Numbered from the whole stretch's first letter, positions 39,611 to 53,123 are shown. The stretch is 63,246 nucleotides of DNA, filler included, from Octopus bimaculoides (GCF_001194135.2; 5 parts of 5 records of this genome joined end to end with filler, not necessarily neighbours in it), one strand, 5' to 3'. Notes: generated by a model from the letters alone, not told the origin. Numbers and translations are program-made.

Positions 39611-40490
39611 GGGACAATGTGGTTGCAATAAAGACGAATGTGAATGAGTAGGTGAAAGTTAAGGCCACAGACTGTCTTCTTGTGGCCCCGGGCGCTCTAT
39701 GATACCACGGGGTTCTAACAGATTCCTCAATCAAACTTAAAGTTTTCAAATGAAGTTTAATAACAATTACCGTTAACCTGTTGTTGAACTTGCTAAATTC
39801 GCCCGCTAGCTGGCGTTGCGATAGCTACAGAGACACCAATCAACTAGTGCAGGGTAATGACGACAGAGATCAAAAACGTGGTTCATCGTCATCCAATCGA
39901 TACACGGTATTTCTGTGTACGATGGAGAAGAAAATGTAAATAATGAAATAGGGAGAGAGAGGGAGAGAGGGAGAGAGAGGGAGAGGGAGAGACAGACAGA
40001 GAGAGAGAGACAGAGAGAGAAAGGGAGGGAGAGACAAAGAAAAGAGATGCAGACAGCATTACAAACAACATATAGCAAACACACAAAGAATCAAAGAATC
40101 ACACATGCACACGTACGCGCGCATGCGCGCTCACACACATGCGCGCGCGCGCACATGTACACAGACATACAGACCCAGATACTGAAGTATGAGGTATTCA
40201 TAGACGCTTATATATATATATACTTATATATATACATATATATATACATACATATATATNNNNNNNNNNNNNNNNNNNNNNNNNNNNNNNNNNNNNNNNN
40301 NNNNNNNNNNNNNNNNNNNNNNNNNNNNNNNNNNNNNNNNNNNNNNNNNNNNNNNNNNNNNNNNNNNNNNNNNNNNNNNNNNNNNNNNNNNNNNNNNNNN
40401 NNNNNNNNNNNNNNNNNNNNNNNNNNNNNNNNNNNNNNNNNNNNNNNNNNNNNNNNNNNNNNNNNNNNNNNNNNNNNNNNNNNNNNNNNN

Positions 40491-40556
<66 letters not shown>

Positions 40557-42274
40557 GCACTCGCGTGGACGCACACATATCACGCATACATAAGCACTGA
40601 AGCAGAGACAGAAAGCGCGCGCAATGATAAAGAGAAAGAGAAAAAGAGAGTCAGACAGAATTACTCCGGCTTCTATTTAACCTATCACCTACAAAACTTA
40701 TTAAATTTTACTTCACTTAATTACTTCATTCTTCATTCATCATTCTTCATTCATCATTCTTTTACAACTTAAATCATTTTCTTCTTCCCTTCCTACCGCT
40801 AATACTCATACTACTACTTTTCCGTTCATATTTTCTCCATTTTGAACTCCTACAGTTTTTATCAAGAACATCACAGAGTCCCCGCCGCCGCCGCAGCCGC
40901 CGCCGCCGCAGCAGTCGTCGTCGTCGTCATCATCATCATCATCACCATCATAATTTCCAGCAACGACACCAACAGCAGCATGGGGCGGCGACGGCAGCAG
41001 TGTCATCACCGTCGCCCGTTTTATCTTTCGCTAGTTCTTCTTATATTTTATGTGCATACGTGTGTATATGTGTGTGTATTCTTACACATACAGAACTCTA
41101 CTCTCATTCCATGCACAAGCATACATAGTCACATATATAGAGAGGGATAAGCATTATATATGCACCATACAAGTGTACATGCATACACATGTCTTTACAT
41201 ACATAACTATGTATATACATTGACAGATAAAGGGATGCATCCCTATAGCTCCAAAGAGTTAAATATATACACATATATATATATATATATANNNNNNNNN
41301 NNNNNNNNNNNNNNNNNNNNNNNNNNNNNNNNNNNNNNNNNNNNNNNNNNNNNNNNNNNNNNNNNNNNNNNNNNNNNNNNNNNNNNNNNNNNNNNNNNNN
41401 NNNNNNNNNNNNNNNNNNNNNNNNGTTAGGGCAGCCGACTCAAGGTCATAGGATGGCGGTTTCAACTCCCAGACCAGACGCTGTGAGTATTTATTGAGTG
41501 AAAACACTTAAAGCTCCTCGAAGCTCCAGCAGCGGCTGGTGGCGAACCCTACTACACTTTTTCACCACAAATTTCTCTCACTCGTTCTTCCTGTTTCTGC
41601 TGTACCTGTATTTCAAAGGGCCACTTTTGTCACACTCTGTGTCACGCTGGATCTCCCCGAGAACTACGTTAAGGGTTCACGTGTCTGTGGAGTGCTCAGC
41701 CACTTGCACGTTAATTTCACGAGCAGGCTGTTCCGTTGATTGGACCAAATGAAACCATCGTCGTCGTAACCGACGGAGTACCGTAGTAATGCTTGTTGAT
41801 TAAAATAGGTTCTTTTATACTATGTTTCCCAATGTTTCTTTCTCTAGCTTTATTGGAGAGCTTAGATGGCTTAGATGTAGCATTTCCATAGGTGCGTTTT
41901 GATGGAAGAAGCATTAGCATAAACGTATTCTTTAACCCATATGCGAACTCGTCTAATGGGACTTCCGTTGTACAATTGATTACATCTGCTACACGTGATT
42001 TGTTTATTATGTAAGAACGCAGACATATATTTTCATATATGGTAGGATAGTTGGGCAATGCACATACTATAGTGTTTTGCTACAGCTGGTTTTTAGTTAG
42101 CACCCGCTTCAGTAACGTTCCGGAGTGTGACAGTCGTACTTCAAGCTGTCCTTAAGAATTGTAGCAGTTGTACTTGTAATTTTTTTAACTTGTGATGTTT
42201 TGACTTCAAAAAATATCTAAGACAAACATGCATACATACATTCACACACACACACACACGATCTCTTTCCCCTC

Positions 42275-42321
<47 letters not shown>

Positions 42322-42378
42322 CACACACACATGTATATGATGGACTGTCCACCCAACGTTTAACATGTTGATATAGAC

Positions 42379-42543
42379 CAGTGGTTCCCAACCTGTGGTC
42401 CATGAACCCCTGGTGGTCCGCAAATGTAGTACTGGTAGTCCGTGAACATGTTAAGCTGACAGACCTTTCAATATCCTGGGGTCCGTGGGAAAACTCATTT
42501 AAATTAAAGGGGTAGTTGGTAGTGAAAAGGTTGGGAATCACTG
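42379..42543. mobile_element. hAT-type MITE
   Basis: TIRs CAGTGGTTCCCAACC and GGTTGGGAATCACTG. No clear TSD. Confidence 0.65.
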
Positions 42544-45092
42544 TTGTGGATCTATACTTAATATAAAATACATTACAAGAGATACATAGGAGACCACTTC
42601 GATATATGAATATTCTGTCCAAGAGCAGTTAATTTTTTTTCTATTATATTTGCATGTATCATGTAAACGATTCAAAAGCCGTCTTCAGTAAAAATCTGGA
42701 CGAAGAAAATCAACATAGAACTTCTAAGAAGAAGAAGTTAATTTCGATGTTGTTATCGTCTGATATTCAACGAATCTTGCTGTAAGCAGACGATAACAAC
42801 AACTGACTTATTGTACTTTGGTACTAGAGTAGCTGCAAAGCACTCTCTATTATATCTTCTGGAAATTTTTTGCCGATAAATGTATTATTAACGAGTCTAC
42901 ATGGACTATTGCAATCACACGCACCGTAAATAATTACTTTCATTATATAAATGTATGTGTATATATATGTATATATACGTATATATGTATATATTAATAT
43001 ATCTTAATGTATGTTAATCTCCATATATGATACATATGCAAATCATTATACAGAGTGATATTTGTACCAACATGTATTGAGTTAAGCATCTTAATAGTCT
43101 TTTAATTATATGTATGCATACATGCATGTATACGCATACATGCACACATAGTAACACATACATCTGTATATACATACACATACATATATATGTATGTATG
43201 TAAATATATNNNNNNNNNNNNNNNNNNNNNNNNNNNNNNNNNNNNNNNNNNNNTTAATTAATTAANNNNNNNNNNNNNNNNNNNNNNNNNNNNNNNNNNN
43301 NNNNNNNNNATATATAGAGGCGCAGGCATGGCTGTGTGGTAAGTAGTATGCTTACCAACCACATGGTCTCGGGTTCAATCCCACTGCATGACACCTTGGG
43401 CAATGACCAAAGCCTTGTGAGTGGATTTGGTAGACGGAAACAGAAGGAAGCCCGTTGTATATATACATATGTGTGTGTGTGTTTGTGTGTCTGTGTTTGT
43501 CTCCCCACCATCACTTGGCAACCGATGTTGGTGTGATTACGTCTCTGTAACTTAGCGGTTCGGCTAAAGAGACCGATAGAATAAACACTAGGCTTATAAA
43601 GGCGGGTGCCTGACTGGCTCACATGCTGGTGGTATGTAAATAGTACCATTTGAGCATGGCTCCCATGGCATCATCTGAATGTGGTCAATGCAGGTGCTGC
43701 CTAACTGGCTCCCATGCCAGTGGTATGTAAAAAGCACCATTTGAGCATTGCGAATGCCAGTACCATCTGACTGCCCCTGTGTCAGTGGCACGTAAAAAAC
43801 ACCCACTACACTCTCAGAGTGGTTGGCGTTAATAAGGGCATCCAGCTGTAGAAACCTTGCCATATCGGATTGGAGCCTGGCGCTGTCCTGAGTCAAACTG
43901 TCCAACTCATGCCAGCGTGGAAAGCAGATGTTAAACGATGATGATGATGAGGATGATGATGTTTCCCCAATGCATTATAGCAAGTGAGTTTGCTTGTATG
44001 CTTTTAAAGTAAAACAACTTTATCCTGTTTAAATAGTAATTTTGTGTTAAGTTCTAGATCTGCTATTTATAAATATTGAACTCTTTTGTCTGGAGAGCCA
44101 GGCCAGACTTTGCAAATGGTTAATGTAATAGTTTGTAGGAATCAGTAACTACAACTGGAGTGGCAATATCAACGGAGAAACTGCCAAGAGATTTGAGTTA
44201 CCATCTCGGCAATGTTGACTCTGTCCTTCATCCTTCAAGGGTCGGTAAAATAAAGTGCTGGTTAAATATTGCAGGAAATATGTTTGGCCAGGTTGTTAAA
44301 TGCCTTTGCTTTGCAATCACATGGTTTTGGGTTCAACCCCATTGCATGACATCTTGGCCAAAAGTGTCTTCTGCCACTACCTTGCGTTGGCCAATGCTAT
44401 ATGGGTGGAATTAGACACATATATACATGTGTGTGTGTGTTGATATGTATTGTGAAAATATACATATTGTTGATCAAAACTGAAGAACTGATGTTTTTGA
44501 ACAAAAACATCCTATGTGATTGCTGTTTCTCCCAAGTTAAAGAGGTGCTCCCTTGTAGCTCTCATCACAGCATTGTTAATGCAATGAATCAATGATTGGC
44601 CCCTTTGGATGCCTGCAAAAAATGTATGATATAAGTAAATAGATACCAGGTCTGTTTAAAATCAACTTATCACCCACCTCCTTTCATCTCAACTAAAATT
44701 TTGAGCTTTGTGCTTGTGTTAGAAATTATAACAGAACTTTATTAAAAAAAGTTTTGACTGCAGCATTGTGAGACAAAACCTTCAAGAATTATTTCTGAAA
44801 ACTAGTTCAATGCAAATTAGAAAGAAAGGAATGAAGGTAAAAATAAGAAAGGTAATACCTTTAGGGTATCAGCTATTTTCCTTTTTTAAGAAAAGATCAG
44901 TTAAACTCTTAAACTCAATCTAAATCTGCCTTTCTGCTAACACCTTCATTATCATCATCATCATTATCATCATCATCATTATCACTGTCGTTTAACGTTC
45001 ACTTTCCATGCTGGCATGGATGAGAAAATTTGACTGAGGACTAGCAAGCCAGTAGGCTGCACCAGGCTCCAATCTGATTTGGCAAAGTTTCT

Positions 45093-45331
45093 TATTTCTT
45101 TACTGCCCACAGGGGGCTACACACAGAGGAGACAAACAAGGACAGACAAACGGATTAAGTCGATTATATTGACCCCAGTGCATGACTGATACTTATTTAA
45201 TCGACCCCGAAAGGATGAAAGGCAAAGTCGACTTGAGCAGAATTTGAACACAGAACGTAGTGACCGGCGAAATGCCGCTAAGCATTTCGCCTGGCAAGCT
45301 AACGTTTCTGTCAGTTCGCTGTCTTGAAATC
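45093..45331 (-). mobile_element. SINE nested inside an RTE 3' UTR fragment
   Basis: 13-bp TSD TGGCAAAGTTTCT at 45080-45092 and 45332-45344. The RTE tail sequence resumes after the insert. Confidence 0.8.
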
Positions 45332-45706
45332 TGGCAAAGTTTCTACAGGTGGTTACCCTTCCTAACACCAACCACTCCGAGAGTGTAGTGGGTGCTTTTT
45401 ATGTGCCACCGGCATGGGAGCCAGTCAGGCAGCACTGGCATCGATCATGCTTGAATGGTGCTTTTTATGTGCCACCGGCATGGGAGCCAGTCAGCCGGCA
45501 CTGGCAACAATCAAGCTCGAATGGTCCTTTTTACGTACCACCAGCATGGGACCAGTCAGCCAGCATAAACATAACTCCCCACGACTTAGTAAAAAAAAAA
45601 TGAAATCACCAATCTTTTGTTTTAGAAGGTAAAGTGTCTCTTCTATGTGTTGTTGTTGTTGTTTGTGTATTTTGTAGGAAATAACTTCACAATTTCCTTG
45701 TTTCAG

Positions 45707-45807
45707 AAGTTAATGGCAATATAGCTTTTGAAGATTTGAAGATAGGTAGTAAAACACCTCCCAAATCTTTGCAGCCATGTGCAGGAGACGCCTACTTGCT
45801 CTTTCAG
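45707..45807 (+). CDS. MON2: MON2 internal exon (...KSLQPCAGDAYLLFQ)
   Basis: Acceptor ttccttgtttcag, donor GTAATT, 101 nt, phase 1-0. Resembles human MON2 LKPCAKDAYMLFQ (recalled). Confidence 0.88.
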
Positions 45808-46455
45808 GTAATTTATTTTCTTATCATTCATTGCTCTTATACTTTAAAGAGACAAAAATTGAAATACAGGTGTGGTTGTAACCATGTAACTAAGTAATTT
45901 GCTTGATGGATATTGTGCAGAAGCCTGCTATATGTATGTATGTGTGCAAGTATGAATGTGTGCAAGCCGATTGCGGGTGCAGATCTCGGTGCTAGTAACA
46001 AATATTTGAATAACACCTTGGAGACCTGCTGCAGATGGTGGGTACGGACCAGCTCAAGAGCTGCGAATCATTATGGACCCGGATTTTCCATGTGTGCTAG
46101 TATGTATGTATGTATGTATGTATGTACGTACGTACGTATGTATGTATGTATGTATGTACGTACGTACGTACGTACGTATGTATGTATGTATGTATGTATG
46201 TATGCATGCATGCATGCATGTCTGTCTGTTTGTCTCTCTGCCCTGCCACAATCCAAAGGTTGGCTCAGGGCTATAGGAGAAGACAATTGCCCGGGTGTCA
46301 TGTTGTGGGACTGAACCCAAAGCCATTTGGTTGCAAAGCAAACTTCTTAACTACACAACTAATATAATTTTGAAACTTAAGAAAAAAAAAAACCAGAAGA
46401 AAAGATAGAAACAAAACAATGAAACTTAATGCAATTATTATTTTTTTAATTCCAG

Positions 46456-46581
46456 GATCTGTGCCAACTTGTGAATGCTGATCAACCCTACTGGCTCGTT
46501 GGAATGACAGAAATGACCCGCACATTTGGGTTGGAACTTCTCGAATCGGTCCTCACTACATTCTCAAATATCTTCTTACAC
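46456..46581 (+). CDS. MON2: MON2 internal exon ([42 protein letters not shown])
   Basis: AG/GT boundaries, 126 nt, phase 0-0. Near-identical to human MON2 [33 protein letters not shown]. Missed by the ORF track. Confidence 0.95.
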
Positions 46582-46812
46582 GTGAGTAGCTTCCCAACGA
46601 AATCCTCTCATCTTTTCTTGATGCTTACAGATTCATAGTTATGGTAGTGCTCCACTTCACCGATGGAGTAAAAAAACGAAAATTTAGAGAAATTAAGCAA
46701 AACTATATCTGAAGTTGTTTCCTGTGTGCTGGAAAAAATTCAAAAAAATTAAATTACGACAAACGTAAATAAACAAACGAAGTTTGCTTTTAGAAGCGTT
46801 GAGATGTCTTTA

Positions 46813-46987
46813 GAAAGTTAAAGAAGTGATTTTAAATTCTCAATCGCAGAATAATGCTAATAATATAGCCTGAACAGGATAAACTACTCCTATTTTGCAG
46901 AGAAAAATAGGGGTAGTTTATCCTGTTCAGGCTATATTATTAGCATTATTCTGCGATTGAGAATTTAAAATCACTTCTTTAACTTTC
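46813..46987. repeat. 175-bp near-perfect inverted repeat (hairpin) in a MON2 intron
   Basis: 46813-46887 is the exact reverse complement of 46913-46987, followed by one G-T pair, 8 more pairs and a 7-nt loop. Confidence 0.95.
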
Positions 46988-47754
46988 AAAAAAATTAATT
47001 TCAAGTGCAGGCATAAATCAGTATGTATGTGTGTGTATTTGTGTATTTGTGTGTAAATAAGTAAGTGTGTGTAGACAAATGAATATGTAGAAACTGTTTT
47101 TACAACTAATTCTGTATAAATTATGTCTGTACAAGTGAGTCTTTATTGTCTGTATGTGTGTGTATATAATCGAGGCTGTATAAACTGTGTATATACGTGT
47201 GCATGTAATTGGATTTTTATTAATTGTGCATGTGTGTGTCTGTACAAGTGGCTTGTTGAAGCTGTGTATGTATACACAAGTGAGTCTATTTAACTGTATA
47301 TGTACGTTTATATACAAGTGGCTCTGTATAAGCATGTACAGTTCCGGGTGCAGCAATGTACATAATTAGGGTTGTGTCATTGAAAATGCCTTTATCAAGG
47401 CTGTCCATGATTAGGTATGCTTGTTTACATTGCAGCACACTGATTGTTAATTAGCTGAGAATTTAATTAATGAAATTGGCACCAAGTGAATATGCACGTC
47501 TGGGGTCATGTAGCTGGCATGCCATATAATTTTGTTTACTGGAATTTTTTCAGGCGTGTTTCACGGCAGCAGTTTGAGCTGCATATACAAAATAACAGCA
47601 AAATTTCCCTCAATTAACACTGCTGTTTTTTAAATGGATATTACACATAGATCTTTAGAACTGCATGTCTTGAATGAAATTAGAAAGACTATGGCTAAAA
47701 TGTTGGTTTAAACTTCTGTCCATCACAAACTGATACACCAGACATTAAACATCC

Positions 47755-48075
47755 ATGCTAGTGGCCCGTAAATAGCACCATTTGAGCATGATCATTACCA
47801 GCGTTGCCTTCTAGCATTTGTGATGGTGGCACATTAGAAAATCATTCGAGCGAGGTCGTTGCCAAATCCGCTGGAGTGGCTCCCGTGCAGGTGGCATGTA
47901 AAAAACACCTTTTTGAGCATGGCCATTGCCAGTACCGTGTGACTGGCCCTCGTGCCGGTGGCACGTAAAAGCACCCACTACACTCTTGGAGTGGTTAGCA
48001 TTAGGAAGGGCATCCAGCTGTAGAAACCTTGCCTGATCCGATTGAGCCTGGTGTAGCCTTCTGGCTTGCCAGTCC
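47755..48075 (+). mobile_element. RTE 3' UTR fragment (others at 43600-43950, 49418-49830, 29940-30095, 6090-6290, 20400-20530)
   Basis: GGCACGTAAAAGCACCCACTACACTCT...AGGAAGGGCATCCAGCTGTAGAAAC, shared with the tail of the RTE at 4015-4490. Confidence 0.8.
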
Positions 48076-48106
48076 TCAGTCAAACTGAGAAAGAGACAGA
48101 CATACA

Positions 48107-48137
<31 letters not shown>

Positions 48138-48591
48138 TAGCACACATGGAAAATCCGGGTCTGTAATGATTCACAGCTTTTGAGCTGGTCCATACCCACC
48201 ATCTGTAGCAGCTCTCCAAGGTGTTATTCAAATATTTATTACTACCTCCGAGATCTGCACCCACAATCGGCTTGCACATATGCATACCTGCACCCTGACT
48301 CTGAAATTCAGACTATTCATTTCAGCTGATGTACGCAGGAGAGATGAGAGCACTAGTGTGAACATGTGATGGAAATAGACAGTAAATGCTTGTTGGGAAG
48401 TTGTTATGTATTGTTGGTGTATAGCGCGTGTGTAGACAAGCGTGTTAAATTTCCAGTTGTAGAGCAGATGTACCCATCATCTGCCAGCATCAGAAGAGAT
48501 TCCATTAAAATATTTATAATGATGTTGACTATTATATTATGATTACTGACACAATTTTCACTATGGCTTTTATACTTGTTTTATTTTACAG

Positions 48592-48786
48592 CATCCAGAG
48601 TTCAGTTTTATGTTAAAAGAGCGTGTATGTCCATTGGTAATCAAGCTGTTCTCACCGAGTCTCAAGTACAGACAGGGAGTGCCTCCACCGCCATCACCTG
48701 CTCCTGTAGAAAAGCCTTTTTTCCCCATTGTAATGAGACTTCTTCGGATTGTCTCTGTCCTTATAAAATATTACTACCAACTTCTG
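48592..48786 (+). CDS. MON2: MON2 internal exon ([22 protein letters not shown]...[27 protein letters not shown])
   Basis: AG/GT boundaries, 195 nt, phase 0-0. Matches human [22 protein letters not shown]...[21 protein letters not shown]. Confidence 0.95.
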
Positions 48787-48901
48787 GTGAGTTATCTACT
48801 CTCTGAAATGATATTTTATGCCAACATTGTTTAACATCTAATGACAGATATCATTGATTGACATCTGCTCTCTCTCTTTCTTAAGATCATCATCATCATC
48901 G

Positions 48902-48944
<43 letters not shown>

Positions 48945-50483
48945 GTATATATATATAGTGACCATATCATGTGTTTACGGCATTAATCCCCTTGTGATTA
49001 CTTCAATACAATGTATTATGGTTTGATGGTATAACATGGTTCTTCATCAGTGGTTTTGGTGCTATGGGGTACTTTGGGTGTTTAGAAGTATCACATTTTT
49101 TTGCTTTGAAATAAAATATTTAAACTGGGTGCAATACGTACATTTTAAACATATTTTTGAGAAAATCTTTGTTGAGATTAAATCACGAGTCAAAATTGTG
49201 TTATCTGCAAGCAAAAACATAACTGATGATGTATAAAGATCCCATATGCTTTCATCATACAAATCCTCATCTTGCTTTTAATAGTTTCCATAAAAATTTA
49301 ACACAAGAGCCATCCATTTTAGATGGAATAACGTATAAGAAAATGAGGATAATAAACCACTCTACAAAGGCATAGATTCTGTTTGATTAAAATTGTAATT
49401 TTTTTGTCTACTAACAGCATCGTCCGAGCGTGATCATTGCCAGAGCAGCCGTCTGGCTTCCGTGCTAGTGGCACGTAAATAGCACCATTTGAGCGTGATC
49501 GTTACCAGCGTCGCCTTACTGGCACATTAGAAAATCATTCGAGCGAGGTCATTGTCAGTGCCGCTGGACTGGCTCCTGTACAGGTGGCACGTAAAAAACA
49601 CCATTTTGAGCGTGGCCGTTGCCTGTACCGCATGACTGGCCCTCGTGCCAGTGGCACGTAAAAGCACCCATTACACTCTCAGAGTAGTTGGCATTAGGAA
49701 GGGCATCCAGCTGCAGAAACTCTGCCAGATCAGATTGGAGCCTGGTACAGCTATCTGGTTCACCAGTCCTCAGTCAAATCATCCAACCCATGCTAGCATG
49801 GAAAGCGGACATTAAACGATGATGATGATGACTGTGCAAAATGAAGATTAAATCTAAGAACAGTCTAAAAGTTGATTAGTTTGTCTAAATCTCTGTCTTA
49901 TAATCATTAGTTTTCCTCTCTTTCTATTTACCTCTTTCTTTTATTTTTCTATCACTAAATTACATCAGACTTGAAATTAAAATCATTTACAATAGCTATA
50001 TATAAATGATTACATATATTGATTATTTAATTAAATATCAGTGTGTTGTTTTGTACTATGAATTTTGTAAAACATTTACTGGCTGTTGAAGTGTTAGCCA
50101 CAAGTATAGTTTCCATGGCTGTTTATCACGAGCAGTGGTGATATCGAAAATGAATATGAATGTGTAGAGAAAAGAAATATCAGAGAAAGCATTATTACAT
50201 TCAATGTTTTTCCTTAGAAGTAATAACACATTTTTATAACAAGCAGTTTTGGTTTATTAGTATCATTTTATTTCAACACTGATTTGGTGTCAGGAAGAGC
50301 TTAGAAACCAGCCATAGAAATTATGCCAAAAGAAGGAGCCTATGAATGAGATGTGGCCATCCTCTGACTCAATTTAGGGGGGCAGCAACTCCAAATATGA
50401 ACTGACTCAGAATGAATGACCCTTTCAACCCATGACAGCATGGAGAACAGATGTAACAATGAGGATAATAATAATGATGGTGG

Positions 50484-50521
<38 letters not shown>

Positions 50522-50595
50522 GGTAATCATAATGTATAAAAGAAAATAGTAATTGTTCTTTGTTAATTACAAATTTGATCTCTTCTTCGTTATAG

Positions 50596-50720
50596 GTAAC
50601 TGAGTGTGAGATCTTCCTGTCGTTACTTGTGAAATTTCTTGAGCCAGAAAAATCGAGCTGGCAAAGATGCCTCACCCTCGAGGTTTTGCATAAACTGACT
50701 GTTCAACCGGGATTATTAAG
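50596..50720 (+). CDS. MON2: MON2 internal exon ([41 protein letters not shown])
   Basis: AG/GT boundaries, 125 nt, phase 0-2. Matches human [22 protein letters not shown]. Confidence 0.95.
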
Positions 50721-50794
50721 GTGAGCCGAGGAAATTGATTCTTCATTTAATTGTAATTTTTCAGTTCTAACGGAACACAAAAAAAAAACAGAAA

Positions 50795-51010
50795 AAAAAT
50801 GGTGGAGGCGCGTGGTTTCGATTCCTGGACTGGGCGACACATTGTGTTCTTGAGCAAAACACTTCATTTCACGTTGCTCCAGGTCACTCAGCTGGCAAAA
50901 ATGAGTAACGCTACGATGGACTGGTGTCCCGTCCAGCTGGGGAACGCATATGCCATTGAAACTGGGAAACCAGGCCCATGAGCCTGGCTAGGCTTTAAAA
51001 GGGCGCACTT
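50795..51010 (+). mobile_element. tRNA-derived SINE, third family (related copies at 10830-11120 and 37745-37990)
   Basis: B-box GGTTTCGATTCC and core TTGAGCAAAACACTTCATTTCACGTTGCTCCAG...CACTCAGCTGGCAAAAATGAGT. Confidence 0.7.
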
Positions 51011-51838
51011 ATTTATTTTTTTTTTAATGGAACAAAATAATTAAACCCCTGGCGTTAGAGTGAATTGAGTAGATTAAATTGATGTTTTTTAGTCAATATT
51101 TTAAACGCTATCATTAAGTTACTCCCTCAGGTAAAGCCCTTTGCTCTATTTACGTTAATCCATAAAAATGAAGACTGTTTCTTTTCCATGTTGAAAATAG
51201 GCATGGTTATGTGATTAAGTATTTTGCTTTGGACTCCTATCGTTTTGTGTGTCACAATGATCAAATGTCTTTTGCTATAACCTCAAACTGATGAAAGTCT
51301 TGTGATTAAACTAGCAAATGAAACTATGCAGAAGTCTGTTATGGCCTTGTGTGTGTGTGTGTGTGTTTTCCTATTTGTGCTTTGACATTGTTTATGCAGT
51401 ATCTAAAAGAATGCCACTATTTTGGCGGTGGTGTCATTCCTTATGCCTACCTTAGAAATATGTCTAGCTGTTGGGCCATTCACTACGTGAAAGACTAGGG
51501 AAATAGGTATTCTACTTGGAAACAAGTTGGTGTCAGCGACCGAAAGAGCAACAGGTTGTAGAAAACTGCCTCAGCAAGTCTCGGCTAATCCACGCTAGCA
51601 CTGAAAAAGCTGATGTATATCTGTTTTATCTTTCCCTTGTTTCAGTCATTGGACTGTGGCCATGCTGGGGCATCACCTTGAAGAATTTACTTGGACAAGC
51701 CATGACTTATTTTCTTTCTTTTCTTAAACTCCGATACTTAGTATATCAGTCACTTTTACCGAACCGCTAAGTTGCAGGGATGTGAACAAACCGGCACTGG
51801 CTGTCAGGCTGTTGGGTGGGGTGGAAACAAACACAAAG

Positions 51839-51887
<49 letters not shown>

Positions 51888-52680
51888 TATATGAGACAAA
51901 CTTCCATTCAGTTTCTATCTATCAAATTCACTCACAAGGCATTAGTTGACCCAGGGCTAATGTAGGTAGAGACTTACCCAAGGTGCCACAGAGTGGGACT
52001 GAACTCAGAAACCCATGGTTGCAAAATGAGCTTCATAACTACACAGCCAGGCCTGTGCCTTGGAAGTTTTTGTCATATTATTTACAACTTCCGCAGCTTG
52101 TGAGGAGGACCCAGTTGTATAGTTTAACGAAACTTTTCCTCTCTACTCCAGTCTCAATTTATTATTCATTTCTCAACATTCTTGAATCATAGGCACCTAT
52201 CAAACCGCTTTACTTCTCTCTCAGATTATCCTTGTCCTTGATTTCATTCACAGCTTCTCTTGCGGAACATTAATGGCATTAATCTTACTAATCTTGGAGG
52301 GCCTGCAGCCCTCCCTCTTCCGGACCAAACCTATAAACACACACACACACATATGTATATGTAGGTTAGTTGGTTGATTGGATTGAAGATAATTTATCTT
52401 ATCTAAATCTTTGATGAAGCGTATATTATGAAGGAAAGAAAAAAAAACTAGTAATGTGTCCAACTCATTGAGTGTTTCCATGACAACAGGCCATTTATTG
52501 AATTTTACATGCAAACTATTTCCAGATAGTTTGGCTGTGTGGTTAAGAAGCTCACTTTGTAACCATGTGGCTTTGGGTTCAGCCCTGCTGTGCAGCATCT
52601 TGGGCAATGGTCTTCTAGTATAGCCCTGGGCTGACCCAAACCTTGTGAGTGGATTTGGTAGACAGAAATTGTGTGGTAGC

Positions 52681-52719
<39 letters not shown>

Positions 52720-52978
52720 AAGACAGAAAATGAAGAAATATCGATGAACAACAATTGACTTACATCAATTATTATTTATTAATTCAATACAAATAGACTG
52801 CATCCCATCTAACAGCTGTTTCTGTCTCCAATGTTGTGTATTTTAATCTCTTATCAGCTAACCTATATTCATATATATNNNNNNNNNNNNNNNNNNNNNN
52901 NNNNNNNNNNNNNNNNNNNNNNTTAATTAATTAANNNNNNNNNNNNNNNNNNNNNNNNNNNNNNNNNNNNNNNNNNNN

Positions 52979-53011
<33 letters not shown>

Positions 53012-53061
53012 ACAGACAGACAGGCAGACAGGCAGACAGACAGACAGACAGACAGACAGGC

Positions 53062-53123
<62 letters not shown>

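Noticed and set aside
44460-44620. Protein-like reading frames just upstream of the first MON2 exon
   Set aside because: No match to the MON2 N-terminus on the plus strand. All minus-strand frames contain stops, and I recognise no family.
52250-52325. Exon-like GC-rich segment with splice-like sites on both strands
   Set aside because: No frame resembles the expected next MON2 exon (SFCQSYDMK) or CUX.
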